Source of the DNA: the human T2T-CHM13v2.0 reference genome, Homo sapiens | Length of the DNA stretch: 64,000 nt | Reading direction: 5' to 3' (one strand) | Assembly: GCF_009914755.1 (NCBI RefSeq) | Contig: NC_060944.1 | Shown here: positions 28,511-64,000 of the stretch, piece after piece | Numbering within the stretch: position 1 is the stretch's first letter | Layout: the number at the start of each line of letters is the position of its first letter | Made by a program: the position numbers and the translations under genes | Notes under the pieces: model-generated | Told to the model about the DNA's origin: nothing | Database searches by the model: none | What the model saw: the letters and a program-made list of their open reading frames with translations, nothing else

Positions 28511-28738
28511 CAGGAGATCTCTCAGCCTCTGCGCTGCTGACTTTGGGGTCTGAGTCATTCTCGGTTCTGGGAGGCTGCCCTGTGCATTGCACGGTATACA
28601 GAAGCTTCCTTGGCCTCTACCCATTAGATACCTGTATCACCCCCTCCCAGTTCTGACGACCAAAAATGTCTTCAGACCCAGATATCCCCTGAAGTGCAAA
28701 TTGCCCATCCCATCCCCACCTGTGGTTGAGAATCACTG
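28511..28738 (+). mobile_element. MER20 hAT-Charlie DNA transposon
   Basis: GGCCTCTACCCATTAGAT, GACGACCAAAAATGTCTTCAGAC, GGTTGAGAATCACTG. Confidence 0.88.
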
Positions 28739-28946
28739 GAGTAGGATGATGGACGTCAGGGTTTCCTGGGATCCACCTGGTTGGTGTCTCATGAACTGAG
28801 GAAATTACTAACTGCGCCCCCTTTCCTTCTGTAATAAACCACATGGTCACTCTGGCTCCGGCCCTTTTTCCCTAGAAAAATGTACCCATGCTTGTGGCAT
28901 CATAATCCCCATGTCTGTCATTCTCGTCAACACTTCTCATGGTTTT

Positions 28947-33274
<4,328 letters not shown>

Positions 33275-33332
33275 CTTAAACACTTTTTCTTCCTAATATA
33301 TTTTTACACCTTCAGCTGTTTGCTATATCTAA

Positions 33333-34098
<766 letters not shown>

Positions 34099-34764
34099 TA
34101 ATCTTTTTTGGAATAAGGAATTAAAAATTTCCCCAAAATGCTTCTCCTTAATGTCATTTATTGAATAACTTGTTATTTCTCCACTGATGGGAAATAATAC
34201 CTTTTACCATTTACCAAACCCCCATATATATGTGGATGGAATTCTAAACACCTTATTCTATTTTATTAAGTTTTCTGATTACCCTATACCAGTACCAGAT
34301 CACTTAATTAAAATTGGTATTATTATCAAGAGGACACGTGCTTCTGGTAAATGATGTTGAGACAACACCTAGAGAGTTTAATTTCCCACCTCTCCTAACC
34401 GCACTTCCCAGAGACAAAGCTCTGGGTTAGGGTTCGCAGCAGGATTAAGGAGCAAGAGCCCAGCTGGGGTGCTGGGGAGCATGCAGGGCCTTAGGACCAG
34501 CGAAGGGAGGTTGCAATTATTTCCCCAGGGTTCTGGGTGGTCCCTGTTCATTAGCTAGAAATGATGCACCTTTGGGGCTAGCAATGCGCTGTGGTTGTTA
34601 GTACTTTATTGATGAAAAAAATGAGGTCATGAGTGGCTGTCTAATCCAAAATCATACTGCTAGGGAGTAGGTGAAATTCCTCAAGTTAAAGTTGCATAGC
34701 AAGACACATGCTGTTTCTTTTATTTGGAATATCTTCCCTCCTCCATCACTCTTTCACATGTTGT

Positions 34765-34991
34765 AGCACATATATGTGTATATATATGGTGTGTGTATAT
34801 ATATAGTATAAATATATGTATTTATTTTATATATTATATATACACATATATTATATATATGTATGTGTATATATATAATATATATCACATATATTTTATA
34901 TATATGTATGTGTGTGTATATATATGTATGTGATATATATATATATGTATGTGATATATATATATATATGTATGTGATATATATATATATG
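34765..34991. repeat. Interrupted (TA)n/(TATG)n microsatellite at an AluJ tail
   Basis: ~225 bp of AT-dinucleotide-rich sequence with repeated TATATGTATGTGA units. Confidence 0.95.
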
Positions 34992-34992
34992 T

Positions 34993-37158
<2,166 letters not shown>

Positions 37159-37159
37159 G

Positions 37160-37631
37160 GCCCCAATGTCTACGCACACCGGAAGACAGAGGTCCTCTTT
37201 CCTTGCCTAATGCAGCCATGGCTCGTGGTCCCAAGAAGCATCTGAAGCAGGTAGCAGCTCCAAAGCATTGGATGCTGAATAAATTGACTGGTGTGTTTGC
37301 TCCTCATCCATCCACCAGTCCCCACAATTTGAGAGAGTGTCTCCCCCTCATCATTTTCCTAAGGAACAGACTTAAGTATGTCCTCACTGGAAATGAAGTA
37401 AAGAAGATTTGCATGCAGCGGTTCATTAAGATCAATGGCAAGGTCCGTACTGATATAACCTACTCTGCTGGATTCATGGATGTCAACAGCATTGACAAGT
37501 CGGGAGAGAATTTCCGTCTGATCTATGACACCAAGGGTCGCTTTGCTGTACATCGTATTACACCTGAGGAGGCCAAGTACAAGTTTGTGCAAACTGAGAA
37601 AAATCTTTGTGGGCACAAAAGGAATCCTTCA
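37160..37631 (+). pseudogene. RPS4X: Processed pseudogene of ribosomal protein S4, X-linked (eS4); codons 1 to ~138, 3'-truncated
   Basis: 5' UTR CTCTTTCCTTGCCTAATGCAGCC, ATG at 37218, intronless [19 protein letters not shown]; +1 T frameshift at ~37585, after which [14 protein letters not shown] continues in another frame; ATGGCTCGTGGTCCC start fits RPS4X rather than RPS4Y. Confidence 0.96.
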
Positions 37632-37762
37632 AATATATATATATGTGTGTGTGTGTGTATATATGTATATATATTTATATATATGTGTGTATACATATGC
37701 ATATATATTTATGTGTGTATATATGTATATATATTTATATATATGTATGTGTGTATATATAT
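37632..37762. repeat. (TA)n/(TG)n compound microsatellite
   Basis: Directly abuts the pseudogene breakpoint. Confidence 0.95.
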
Positions 37763-38017
37763 TTTTTTCCCAAAGGAAAAAGAAGACGTGAGCCACCGTG
37801 CCCAGCCTCCACAATTGTATTATACATATATCAAAACATGTTGTACACTGTAAATATACATAACTTTTATTTGTCAGTTTCAGCTTAACAAAACTAGAGG
37901 AAAAGGCTAGTAGAGAACAAAACGAGATACGGGCATAGATAATAATGCAGAAGAATGGACAAGTATATTGCCAGGTGGTAGATTTATATAAAATTGCAAA
38001 GAATAAGATCCTCGTTA

Positions 38018-41790
<3,773 letters not shown>

Positions 41791-42895
41791 AAATGGTTCC
41801 AGCGCCTAAGGTGTCCTCCCCCTCTGGCTTTACTTTGCCCTGTGGCCCTGTTTCCAGATGCTGGGCCATGCATCTTACTACTTATTTGCTCATTGCTTTT
41901 CTCCCAGGCCAGGAAGTAATCATCACACACAGACTGCCATATACCCACCCTTAGGACACAGAAGGAGTAGGAGAAATACTTGTTGAATGAAAGCTACTAT
42001 GACTTTTCAAACAATGAGAGTGCCTAAAAGTGATCAATACCTGATTAGCGATTGTTTTTTAATACATCTGATTCCTACCCATGGGAAGAGTTCCTATGTG
42101 GAATGAGGCTACAATTCTTTCACTGAAAATAAATTGCACCCTATCCTGGGTGCTGCTCCAACCTCACCTCAGGGCTGGGAGCCTGGTGCTGCCACACCCT
42201 TGCCCTGAGCAGAAGAATCCGGAAGAAGCCTTTGGCCAGAGCCGCAGGTGAGTCATTTGAGGACTCTATGCCCTTGTGGCCATCCTTCGGTCACCTGTCT
42301 GGAATTTTATTTTTTTTAGCCCCCGGGCTCTGCACCAAAGAGCTGGCTTTTTTTGTTGTTGTTCCAGCTATACCTAAAAGGGACCAGCCTCATTCATATA
42401 AAGATCTCAGATCTCTCAAAAGGCATCTACAAATTAAGAGTAATTCTGCTCAAAATTAAAGGAAAAACATTTTTTTGGCGGAGGAGGGAATTGTGTAGAG
42501 TTGAAGAAATCCAAGAGATTGTAAAGTTCTTGTGGAGGGTGGAGTCAGTGAGAGGAGGCAGAGAAACAAGGCGAAGGCCTTTGCGCTCCATCTGGTATCT
42601 GTGTCCAATAGATGGTTTCACCCACAGCATGGCAGAGTCCAGCAAGGATCCAAGAATATGCAGGAATCAGGGAAATGATGAAGACAGCACTTTAAATGGG
42701 AGGGATTTTTAAGTAAATGCTATTAGGCCAATCAACTGGAAGTCTATTCATTTGCAAACAGTAACATGAGGCTTCCTCCTCAAACCCCAAACACATATAC
42801 ACGCACATTCCACAGTTCCACACGGGCTCAAGACCCAAACCAAAAAAACAAATTCTATGAGAATGCTTGATACAAGACTAATAAAAAGAAGACTG

Positions 42896-43900
<1,005 letters not shown>

Positions 43901-45419
43901 TAATAAGAAGAAGAAGAAGAAGAAAAAGAGAAAGAACACTAAAAAGATAGTGCAATGGTAACATGAGCAAAGAGCTTAAACAGGTAGTTCACTGAAGAAG
44001 GAATACAAGTAAATACAGTAAATACCAGAAGAGTTGTCATCACCATACCATTTCTACCATCAGGGCGCACAGATACTAAAATGACAAACAAACAGAAAAT
44101 GAGACATAGCTGGAGATACCGTCGAAGAAGGGCCAAGAATGTTGCTTGGCAAATTCATGTAAAAGAGCAGTAAGATCTTCTTTAAAAAAGCTGTGTGCAG
44201 AAATATGTACTTAAATACAGTATATAGAAAAAGGACTCAATGGCTACAGACTTCTTAATCCTGGTTATTTCTGTGGAGAAGCTAGGGAGTTCCTACTTGT
44301 TATAGTGTACCAAGTGGAACATCCATTGCAGGTGAACTTACCAGGACACAGGCTCTCTTCTTCGCTGTCGGCAGGGGTCTAATTCAATTGATGGGAGCAT
44401 TTGAGAACCTAAATGTAGCATTAGCTAAAAACTCTTGGACACTACACCCTCCCTTCTTGCATTTACCCTATAGCATGTACCTGTATGATTCTGTAAGTCC
44501 TATAGATACTATGGGGGATGGATCCATTACATTCTGTAGCATTGAACTTCCCAAATGCTCACAGCCCTTAGGTCCTAAACAGCCTGTGGGGTGGCTTTTG
44601 CTTGGGCCACAGGCTATATTAAAATATATTGCAATCAAGCAGGGGAATAGTTTAATCTTAAAGCAAGTGGTTTAGCACCTGGTGTGAGAATCTCGCTTGA
44701 GCCGCCTGCCTGGCCCTAAAGGGGACATCTCTAAACATCTGCCTCTGGGGTTCTGAAGTGTGCAGTGGGGAGTCACCTTCACAGAGAGGACTTGCTGTGA
44801 CCTGTAAGACACCATGCCTCTTCTCTTTCCTTCCGAGTGCTGCCTGACAGTGTCCTAAGTATTTGTTTGTGGTGGTTTATCCTCCCCAATCATGGTAAGC
44901 TTTGTGAGATCAGGGGCTTTGTTGCTTTTGTTCCCCGGGGTCCCCAAGCCAGGCCTGGCATCTGGGAGGTGCTCAGAGTGTATCTGTTACAGGAACAAGA
45001 AAGTCTTATCCACCGCCCATGCAGCTTAAGTAAAGCATTGTATTTACTAAACACTCGCTGTGGTCCAAATGCTTTGTTGAGCAAGGTAGATAAGAGGATG
45101 GATGTTTGTGGACTGAAAGAACCAGCTCCTGACCCCACCCTTAGTGCTCCAATTCTGGCTGAGCTCTGGGTGCCCCAGGGCCTTGCTATCCCTTCCCCTC
45201 CCCCTGCTTCCTCTAAGAATCTTCTCCATCCTTCAAGACCCTCAGGATTGCTGCGAAGCTCTCTCACCCCTGGACTGGACCAGACCACCCGTAGCCTCCC
45301 ATAGCACCCTCCTGTATCACCTCTGTAAATGCTGGGCTGGTTATGGAACTGTCCACCAAGTGCGAAGGTTTATCTCCCACTGCTGATGGGAAGCCCCCTG
45401 AAGATGGGGATTTTTGGCC

Positions 45420-48420
<3,001 letters not shown>

Positions 48421-48667
48421 CTAACCATTGTAGAGGGTACCTAAGAGGAAAGGGAGACTGATCCTAACAACTCGGACCTGACCCTGGCATGCTGCTCAGC
48501 CTCACTCAGGGTGGGAAGCCTGGGCACTCCCACACTGTGTCCTGTGCTGCCTTCATTGAAAGAAGTCAGAAGAAGCCTTAGGCCAGAGGCACAGGTAAGT
48601 CATTTGAGAACTCTATGCCCTTGTGGCCATCCTCTGGGCCACCTGTTTGGATTTTGATTTGATAACC

Positions 48668-48882
48668 CAGGGTTTCTCAACCTCAGCACTGTTGACATTT
48701 TGGACCAGATAATGCTTTGTTGTGGGGACTGTGCTTGTAGGATGTGGAGCAGCATTGCTGGCCTCTACCCACTAGATGCCAGGGGCACCCTCCCTAGTCA
48801 TGACAACCAAAACATATCCCCGAACCTAGCTGAATGTCCCCTGGGGGGTCGGGGGCACTAAATCGCCTTGGTTGAGCTACTG
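48668..48882 (+). mobile_element. MER20 DNA transposon
   Basis: CAGGGTTTCTCAACCTCAGCACTGTTGACATTTTGGACCAGATAAT...GGCCTCTACCCACTAGATGCCAG. Confidence 0.92.
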
Positions 48883-49278
48883 CTTTAATATAAGACTTCT
48901 GCCCCAGGGCTTGCCCTTTCTAGACTGAAAAGAGACCTTATCTCAGCCTCATTAGTAGAAAGATATCCAGTCTTTAAATCTACCCATTCTGAGTAATTCC
49001 ACACAAAATTAGAGCAAGATTTGTTTATGTGTTGGAAGGTGGGGAAGAACAGGACACATTGGTTCTATAACCTTACTGGAAGACTTGAACCAGGGAGATG
49101 AGGCAGAAATTGAAACAAGGCTGAAAGCTACAATAATCAAAACAGTCTGGCCTCAACATAGGAATAGACTCAGTGGGACAGAATCATAGGAATAGAATCA
49201 ACTAAACAGGTAAGAGGGTGCAGAAGAAGGCACATGGATAGAGGTCAGCTCATTATATGATTAAAGGTGACATTTCCA

Positions 49279-55508
<6,230 letters not shown>

Positions 55509-55742
55509 TGAGTAGGGTAAAGTTATTGTGTAAAAGCCTAATTTGTGATAAGATTAAAGAACATCCTTCAGCACAAAAAGGGTTCACAGATCTGAGTCAC
55601 AGTGAGGGATAAAGAAATCCCTATTCTATACAGTTATAGTTTTGGAACACGCAGGTTTGATTCAGTGTACACAGTTTTAAAGTCTCACATATGAATAGGA
55701 GAATAAATAATATCACCCTTGTTTTCATAGCAATCATTTATG

Positions 55743-55927
55743 CCAGTGGGTCTCAAACTTCAGTGTGTTCCAGAATCACCTGGAGAGCTGGTCAAGGCAC
55801 AAGCTGCCGGGCTCCACTTACAGATCTTCTGATTTCAAGGGGTCTGAGGTGGGGCCTGAGAATGGGGAGTTCTAACAAGTTCCCATGGGATGCTCTTCGT
55901 CTGGGGCCTTATTTGAGAGCCACTGCT
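55743..55927. mobile_element. MER5A-like DNA transposon fossil
   Basis: CAGTGGGTCTCAAACTT...AGAATCACCTGGAG...TTCTAACAAGTTCCC...TTTGAGAGCCACTG. Confidence 0.85.
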
Positions 55928-55944
55928 TTGCGCTGAGTGCAGGA

Positions 55945-59685
<3,741 letters not shown>

Positions 59686-60579
59686 ACAAAACACTGCCTT
59701 TGAAGGCTACTGGGGCACTGGTAAACTCTGGGAGAGGTTACCAGCAGGTGGGTGGAACTCTGCTTGCCTGCTGCTGCTTTTTTATTTCTTCTAAGGCATA
59801 TGTAGAGCAATCTTGGATAAGTTTTCAACTCACCTCTCTTGGAAGGAAGCTGTTTGGGTTGCCTGGGCAGGTTTTGTGTGAAAACCAGCAAGAACTCAGA
59901 TGATGAGAAGCAGCTTCTGTACAAGTCTGATTTCTCCTGCCTGGCCTGGGTGATCACAGTGGGTCCCGGGATGTTTAAACTGATGGTAGAGTCAACCATC
60001 AGCATTTATTTCTGTGTTTACAGTCTTCTTATTCTATTTTACTGGGCTCTTGGTTTTTGCTTGCCTGCCTACCTTCCTTTCTTCCTTCCTTCCTTCCATG
60101 TACTTTGCCCCTTTCTTTAAGGCAAATTAGCATGTAATGTGCAAACCAATCTCTCTGGCACTTAAGGAAGACCCCAAACCCCACTCCCTTTCTTCCCCTA
60201 CCCCAAGAATTCACTACCCCTGGTTCAATTTCAGCTGAACCCGGAAACCTGTGATGTGACATGAAGGCTGAGAATTCCCAGAAATGTTAATACTTTTGGT
60301 CTTAGAAACTAACCAACTAAAAAAAAAAATCCCTTGCCAGTAAGAGGTAGGCTACATTTAAAATAATTTCTGACTGAAGAAGTCCTACGTACCGCTTGTC
60401 ATATACATATGTAAAGATAATTTAAAACCCTAGGGTATACCCTTTTCAAATGCAGAGTTTATAGTTTCCAAGGGGAGGAGGGCAGGGGAGGAGTAACCAG
60501 GACCTTTCCTGCCAGTCTTCCAATCGCGATAGCTCGTTTTGGCTGTGAATTTCCCCCCTTCCCCTCCCCCTCCCGTTAA

Positions 60580-63560
60580 TTAAATAAACGCTGGAAGCGT
60601 GTGTTTACCGCACACGACTCGGCCCTCGGGGAACTCTTTTTCTACGTCTCTCCTACTCTTAAACTCCTCAACTCACAGAGGGTTGGAGAGCTGGCACCAT
60701 GAGCTTCCAGTTCCTACGGGTGAGAAAAGAGGTGTCTGTGTGGAGGGCAGGTGCGACCCCGGGGGCTAGCAGAGAGGAGAGGCTGCGGGAGGACTCGCTG
60801 CGAAGGGCGAGGGGTGGCGCTGGGTGGGACGGGCGCCTGGGGCCGTGCAGGGTGGCTCCTGGGTGCTGCCCGGGCTGCCTGTCGCCCAGTACTGGCGCAG
60901 GAAGACGGGTCCGCGCAGCGTCTGGCAACAGTGGCCTGCTCCACGCCTGGAGGCGACCAAGTTCTGAGTTAAAGGCGCCGGGCTTAGCCGGGAAGTGTAT
61001 GGCGACCCAGAACACGGAGCGGAGAAGGCCTCAGGGGACACGAGGCTACCGCCTTAGTCCTCGGGCCTGCGCTCCGAGCGGTTAGGGTGCGTACGGATGG
61101 GCTCCGGGATGTTAGTGGAGAGGTGACAGGAGTCTACCATCCCACGGCCAAGCGTGTGAGGCCTCCGGCGGGCGGGGGTCCCCCCCGGGGCAGGGCAGGG
61201 GGAGAGTCAGGCATGTCTCTAACGGGCTCCCTAGTAGAACCGCTAGGAAAGTGGCCTTCAACCCTAGGCACCTTTGTGGCTTTCAGGTAGTTGGGCGACT
61301 AAAAATTCACTTTTGCCTGCTGTGAAATGGGACAGGTGGTTGTCAGGTTAGAGACTGTGCCCACGAAGTCTCGTTTGGCGGGCCGGGACTGACGTGGACC
61401 CGGGCCCTCCTCGGAAGCTTGGGAACCTGTGAGCCCCTCAGCTCCTCGCCTCACTTTGCCTGTTTGAAAAAAGGAGTTGTTTGAGAGGAAGAGTTAAGGC
61501 TCAAAAGGTTCTAAACGAAGAGCATGCGGCCTGACGCGGAGCGCAAAGAAGCGAGCAGTGAACTGAATCTGGTGGGACTGAGACCAGAGGCGTCTGTATG
61601 CGGCGGCCGCTTCGCGCCCTATTAAAGCAATCTGTTATTTACGATAATCATTTTTGTAATTATTTTGGAGTGGCTGTGACTTGATGTCTGTGGTGCCCCA
61701 GGGCATGCCCTTACTGGACATAGATACTTCAGGGTGCCCTTTGACGCCAGTGTCGGTCCAGTGGGTGCCAGTGCCGCGAAGGGAGGGTGGCGGGCGTGAA
61801 TGCCCCCTCCTCCTGGGTTTGCCGCAGGCCCCGGCCTTTCCACCTTGCTTGATCCTGGCGGGTCTGCCACTTACTGAGGTCCCTACCGGCGCTCACGTTG
61901 TCCCGAGAGGCGGGACAAACGTCCGGCGCGTGGCGCGGAGTCTGCGAAAGCGCTCGGGGGCCTCCATCTTCTGCTCGGGAGTCCCCTCCCTGGGGCGGGA
62001 AGAGGAGTCGCAGATCTGCCCGAATCTTGCTCTACCCGCCTGGCCGCCTTCTTCCGTCTGGGGTGGGGGCAGGGGTGGCGGATGACTCAGGCCTGGGGCC
62101 GGGAGCCCTGTTTCCAAAGGCACCACCTCGCGCCTCTTTGGAAGTGGCGCGCTGTTGGGGCGCTCCCGCTGTTGCAGAGGCCTGGTTTGCGGTTTCATAG
62201 GGGCGTGGGTCCAGGGCTTCCAGGGAGTAAGTGAGTTTAGGCTCCCTAGGGGGCGGTAGAGGGGAACCCCCGACAACCTTCCATCCTCTTCTCCAGGCGG
62301 CTGCGAGGCCTCCGGGGTTCCAGAGGGGTCCCCTTCTGCCGGTGCCGGCTGTCTTGAGCGCGGCCACGCAGTCCGCGTCTTCACGTGGGCAAGGGGCGGG
62401 GACGTTGGAGGGAGGCTGTCTTGGATGCTGGAGCCTTCGGTTCCCGGCTCTGCTGAGCAGAAAAGTTGAAGTCAAGGAAGGGTTGAGGCTTCCTCACAAG
62501 GGCGCGCGCGTGCCTGGGTGCCGGCCCAGAAGCCGAGAATGTGCGTATTGGGGAAGGGTCTCCCGTGCCGAGAAGACAGAGGATTTGTTCTAGCTGCCTT
62601 CCGTACAGAGGGCGCGGAGGTTGCGCTCCAGTTCGAACGCTTACCCATTGGAAAGAGGGCAGCGCCGGGGTCCAGGGAAGCTCCTTGGGAATGAATGGCC
62701 TTTGCCAAGCGGTTCCGGATCCTCTGGGTCCTTTGGGCCCACGGCACGGTGCTGCGCGAGCCCTCAGTGCCCATCGGCTCCCTTCGCCTCCTGCGTAGAC
62801 GCTCCCAGGCGGGGAGGCATATCGGTTCCTCCGGGCAGCTTTGGCTAGTGTTGCTGTGGGAAAGGAGAGCCAGGGCCTGGGATGGGGGATGAGCACCTTC
62901 TTGCCCATTCCGGGCCCCAGCGTGCAGGAGGTAAACTTGCCAGCACAGACAAGACAGCTTGTTCAAGCTGCACCTCAGGCCGGGTCAGAGAATAAAACCG
63001 AGGGCTAGAAGGCCCAGAATGTCGGACAGCCCAGCGGCACCCGTCAGGGAGTCCCAGGCGCCCGAAAGAGGCGCCGCACCTCTGGCGAGTCTAGGACCCA
63101 TCTTCCTGGACCTGTGCTCTGGAGTGCCTGCGGGCCTGGGTCTAATTTCTGCTTCTGGCAGGTGTCCCCCTCCCCCGCCGCTAATACCAGGAGCGCTGCT
63201 TCTGCGGTAACTTATTTTACCCCCAGAAGCCTGTTTTGGGACCGAAGTGTCAGGGTCCTGTGTGTCTTTTTATGCACTGTTCTCCTTAGTGCAAAGCCCT
63301 GCAGATATGCTTGGCCGAAAAGTCTCAGTGGTTTCAACTTCCAGATTTTGTTCCCGCGTCCGGTCGGAAAATCACCTGGGATTTGGCTGCTGTCTAAGGC
63401 CGGGGGAAAGTTTCCCTTGGAGGACGCCTATTATTATTATTTTCTTTTAGGCCCACCTGGGTCTAAATAAATGCTAAAGTTCAAACGAACCCGAGAAGGA
63501 ACAGCGAGGCAGTGGATGCCGCCATTCCGTGGATGGGAGAGTCATGTCTACTGCAGGTGC
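60580..63560. promoter_or_regulatory. CpG island / probable promoter or regulatory region
   Basis: Sharp rise in GC content and CpG frequency; no Alu after 59685; GC boxes (GGGGCGGG ~61992, ~62393), TGACGT (~61390), CACGTG (~62382), GCGCGCGCG (~62502). Confidence 0.88.
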
Positions 63561-64000
63561 GGACACCGTACTGATAGGCATTGATTATTGCAAAATCGTA
63601 TTCAGTATCAAATAGAAATAGTCTTGTCCTCTAATCCCCACAGAATGTTTAAATCCAGCCCAGGGAGCCAGTTGGGGCGTCCCAACAAATACGCCCTCGA
63701 GAATTAGCGATGTTCCCCTTACAATGAAAGTCAATTGCTGCATAATAACTGGGCCAAAGAATTTCGTTAGTTTAAATTTTAAAAATTAGTATTGCACTTT
63801 GCTTTCAAGTTTGGGTGGCAAGTACCGAAGGGGAGAGGGAAGCAGCGTTTGTGTGGAAGGAAGTTTCGTTTTCTGTCTAAACATGTGGGACCTGGGTGTC
63901 TACCTCTCCAGTCGAGAGCTCTCTGCAGGCTCTCTCCCAACTTCCTGCACCTCCTCACCCTCACCTTACCCGTGGCGCTCGGGTTTTATTCCTGCCCGGC

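Noticed and set aside
37203-37853. 216-aa ORF as a functional RPS4 variant
   Set aside because: Frameshift at about codon 123, C-terminus read from a TA microsatellite, many substitutions at conserved residues; a pseudogene
60668-63470. Many overlapping 100-175 aa ORFs in the CpG island
   Set aside because: Expected from stop-codon scarcity in GC-rich DNA; present in several frames on both strands with no recognisable domain
60580-64000. Naming the gene or chromosomal locus that owns the CpG island
   Set aside because: No coding exon recognised; a BLAT search would be needed

Overview
This is primate (human-like) nuclear genomic DNA and is essentially non-coding. By eye it holds roughly 90 Alu elements or fragments (about 40% of the window). 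It also carries older L1/L2/MIR fossils, DNA-transposon fossils (MER2, MER6, MER5, MER20, MER58, MER102-like), MaLR LTRs, a decayed ERV1 provirus (3.7-7.1 kb) and a tiny internally deleted LTR7/HERV-H solo LTR (28.9 kb). Two retrocopies are clear: a 3'-truncated RPS4X processed pseudogene (37.2-37.6 kb) and a ~70-nt U3 snoRNA 5' fragment (43.2 kb). The last ~4 kb is Alu-free and contains a CpG island, probably a regulatory or promoter region of a gene continuing beyond the window. No intact protein-coding gene is supported: nearly all listed ORFs are Alu, low-complexity or GC-rich artefacts, and I cannot name the locus. I find no strong evidence for a new biological system. The best leads are: (1) an ancient tandem duplication (38-50 kb) whose best-preserved core is centred on a 5' splice donor; (2) a series of plus-strand splice signals running into the CpG island, which may mark an unannotated spliced transcript; (3) a near-identical 70-bp non-TE duplication inside a patchwork junction. 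Repeat family names come from recalled consensus sequences and need RepeatMasker/Dfam confirmation.
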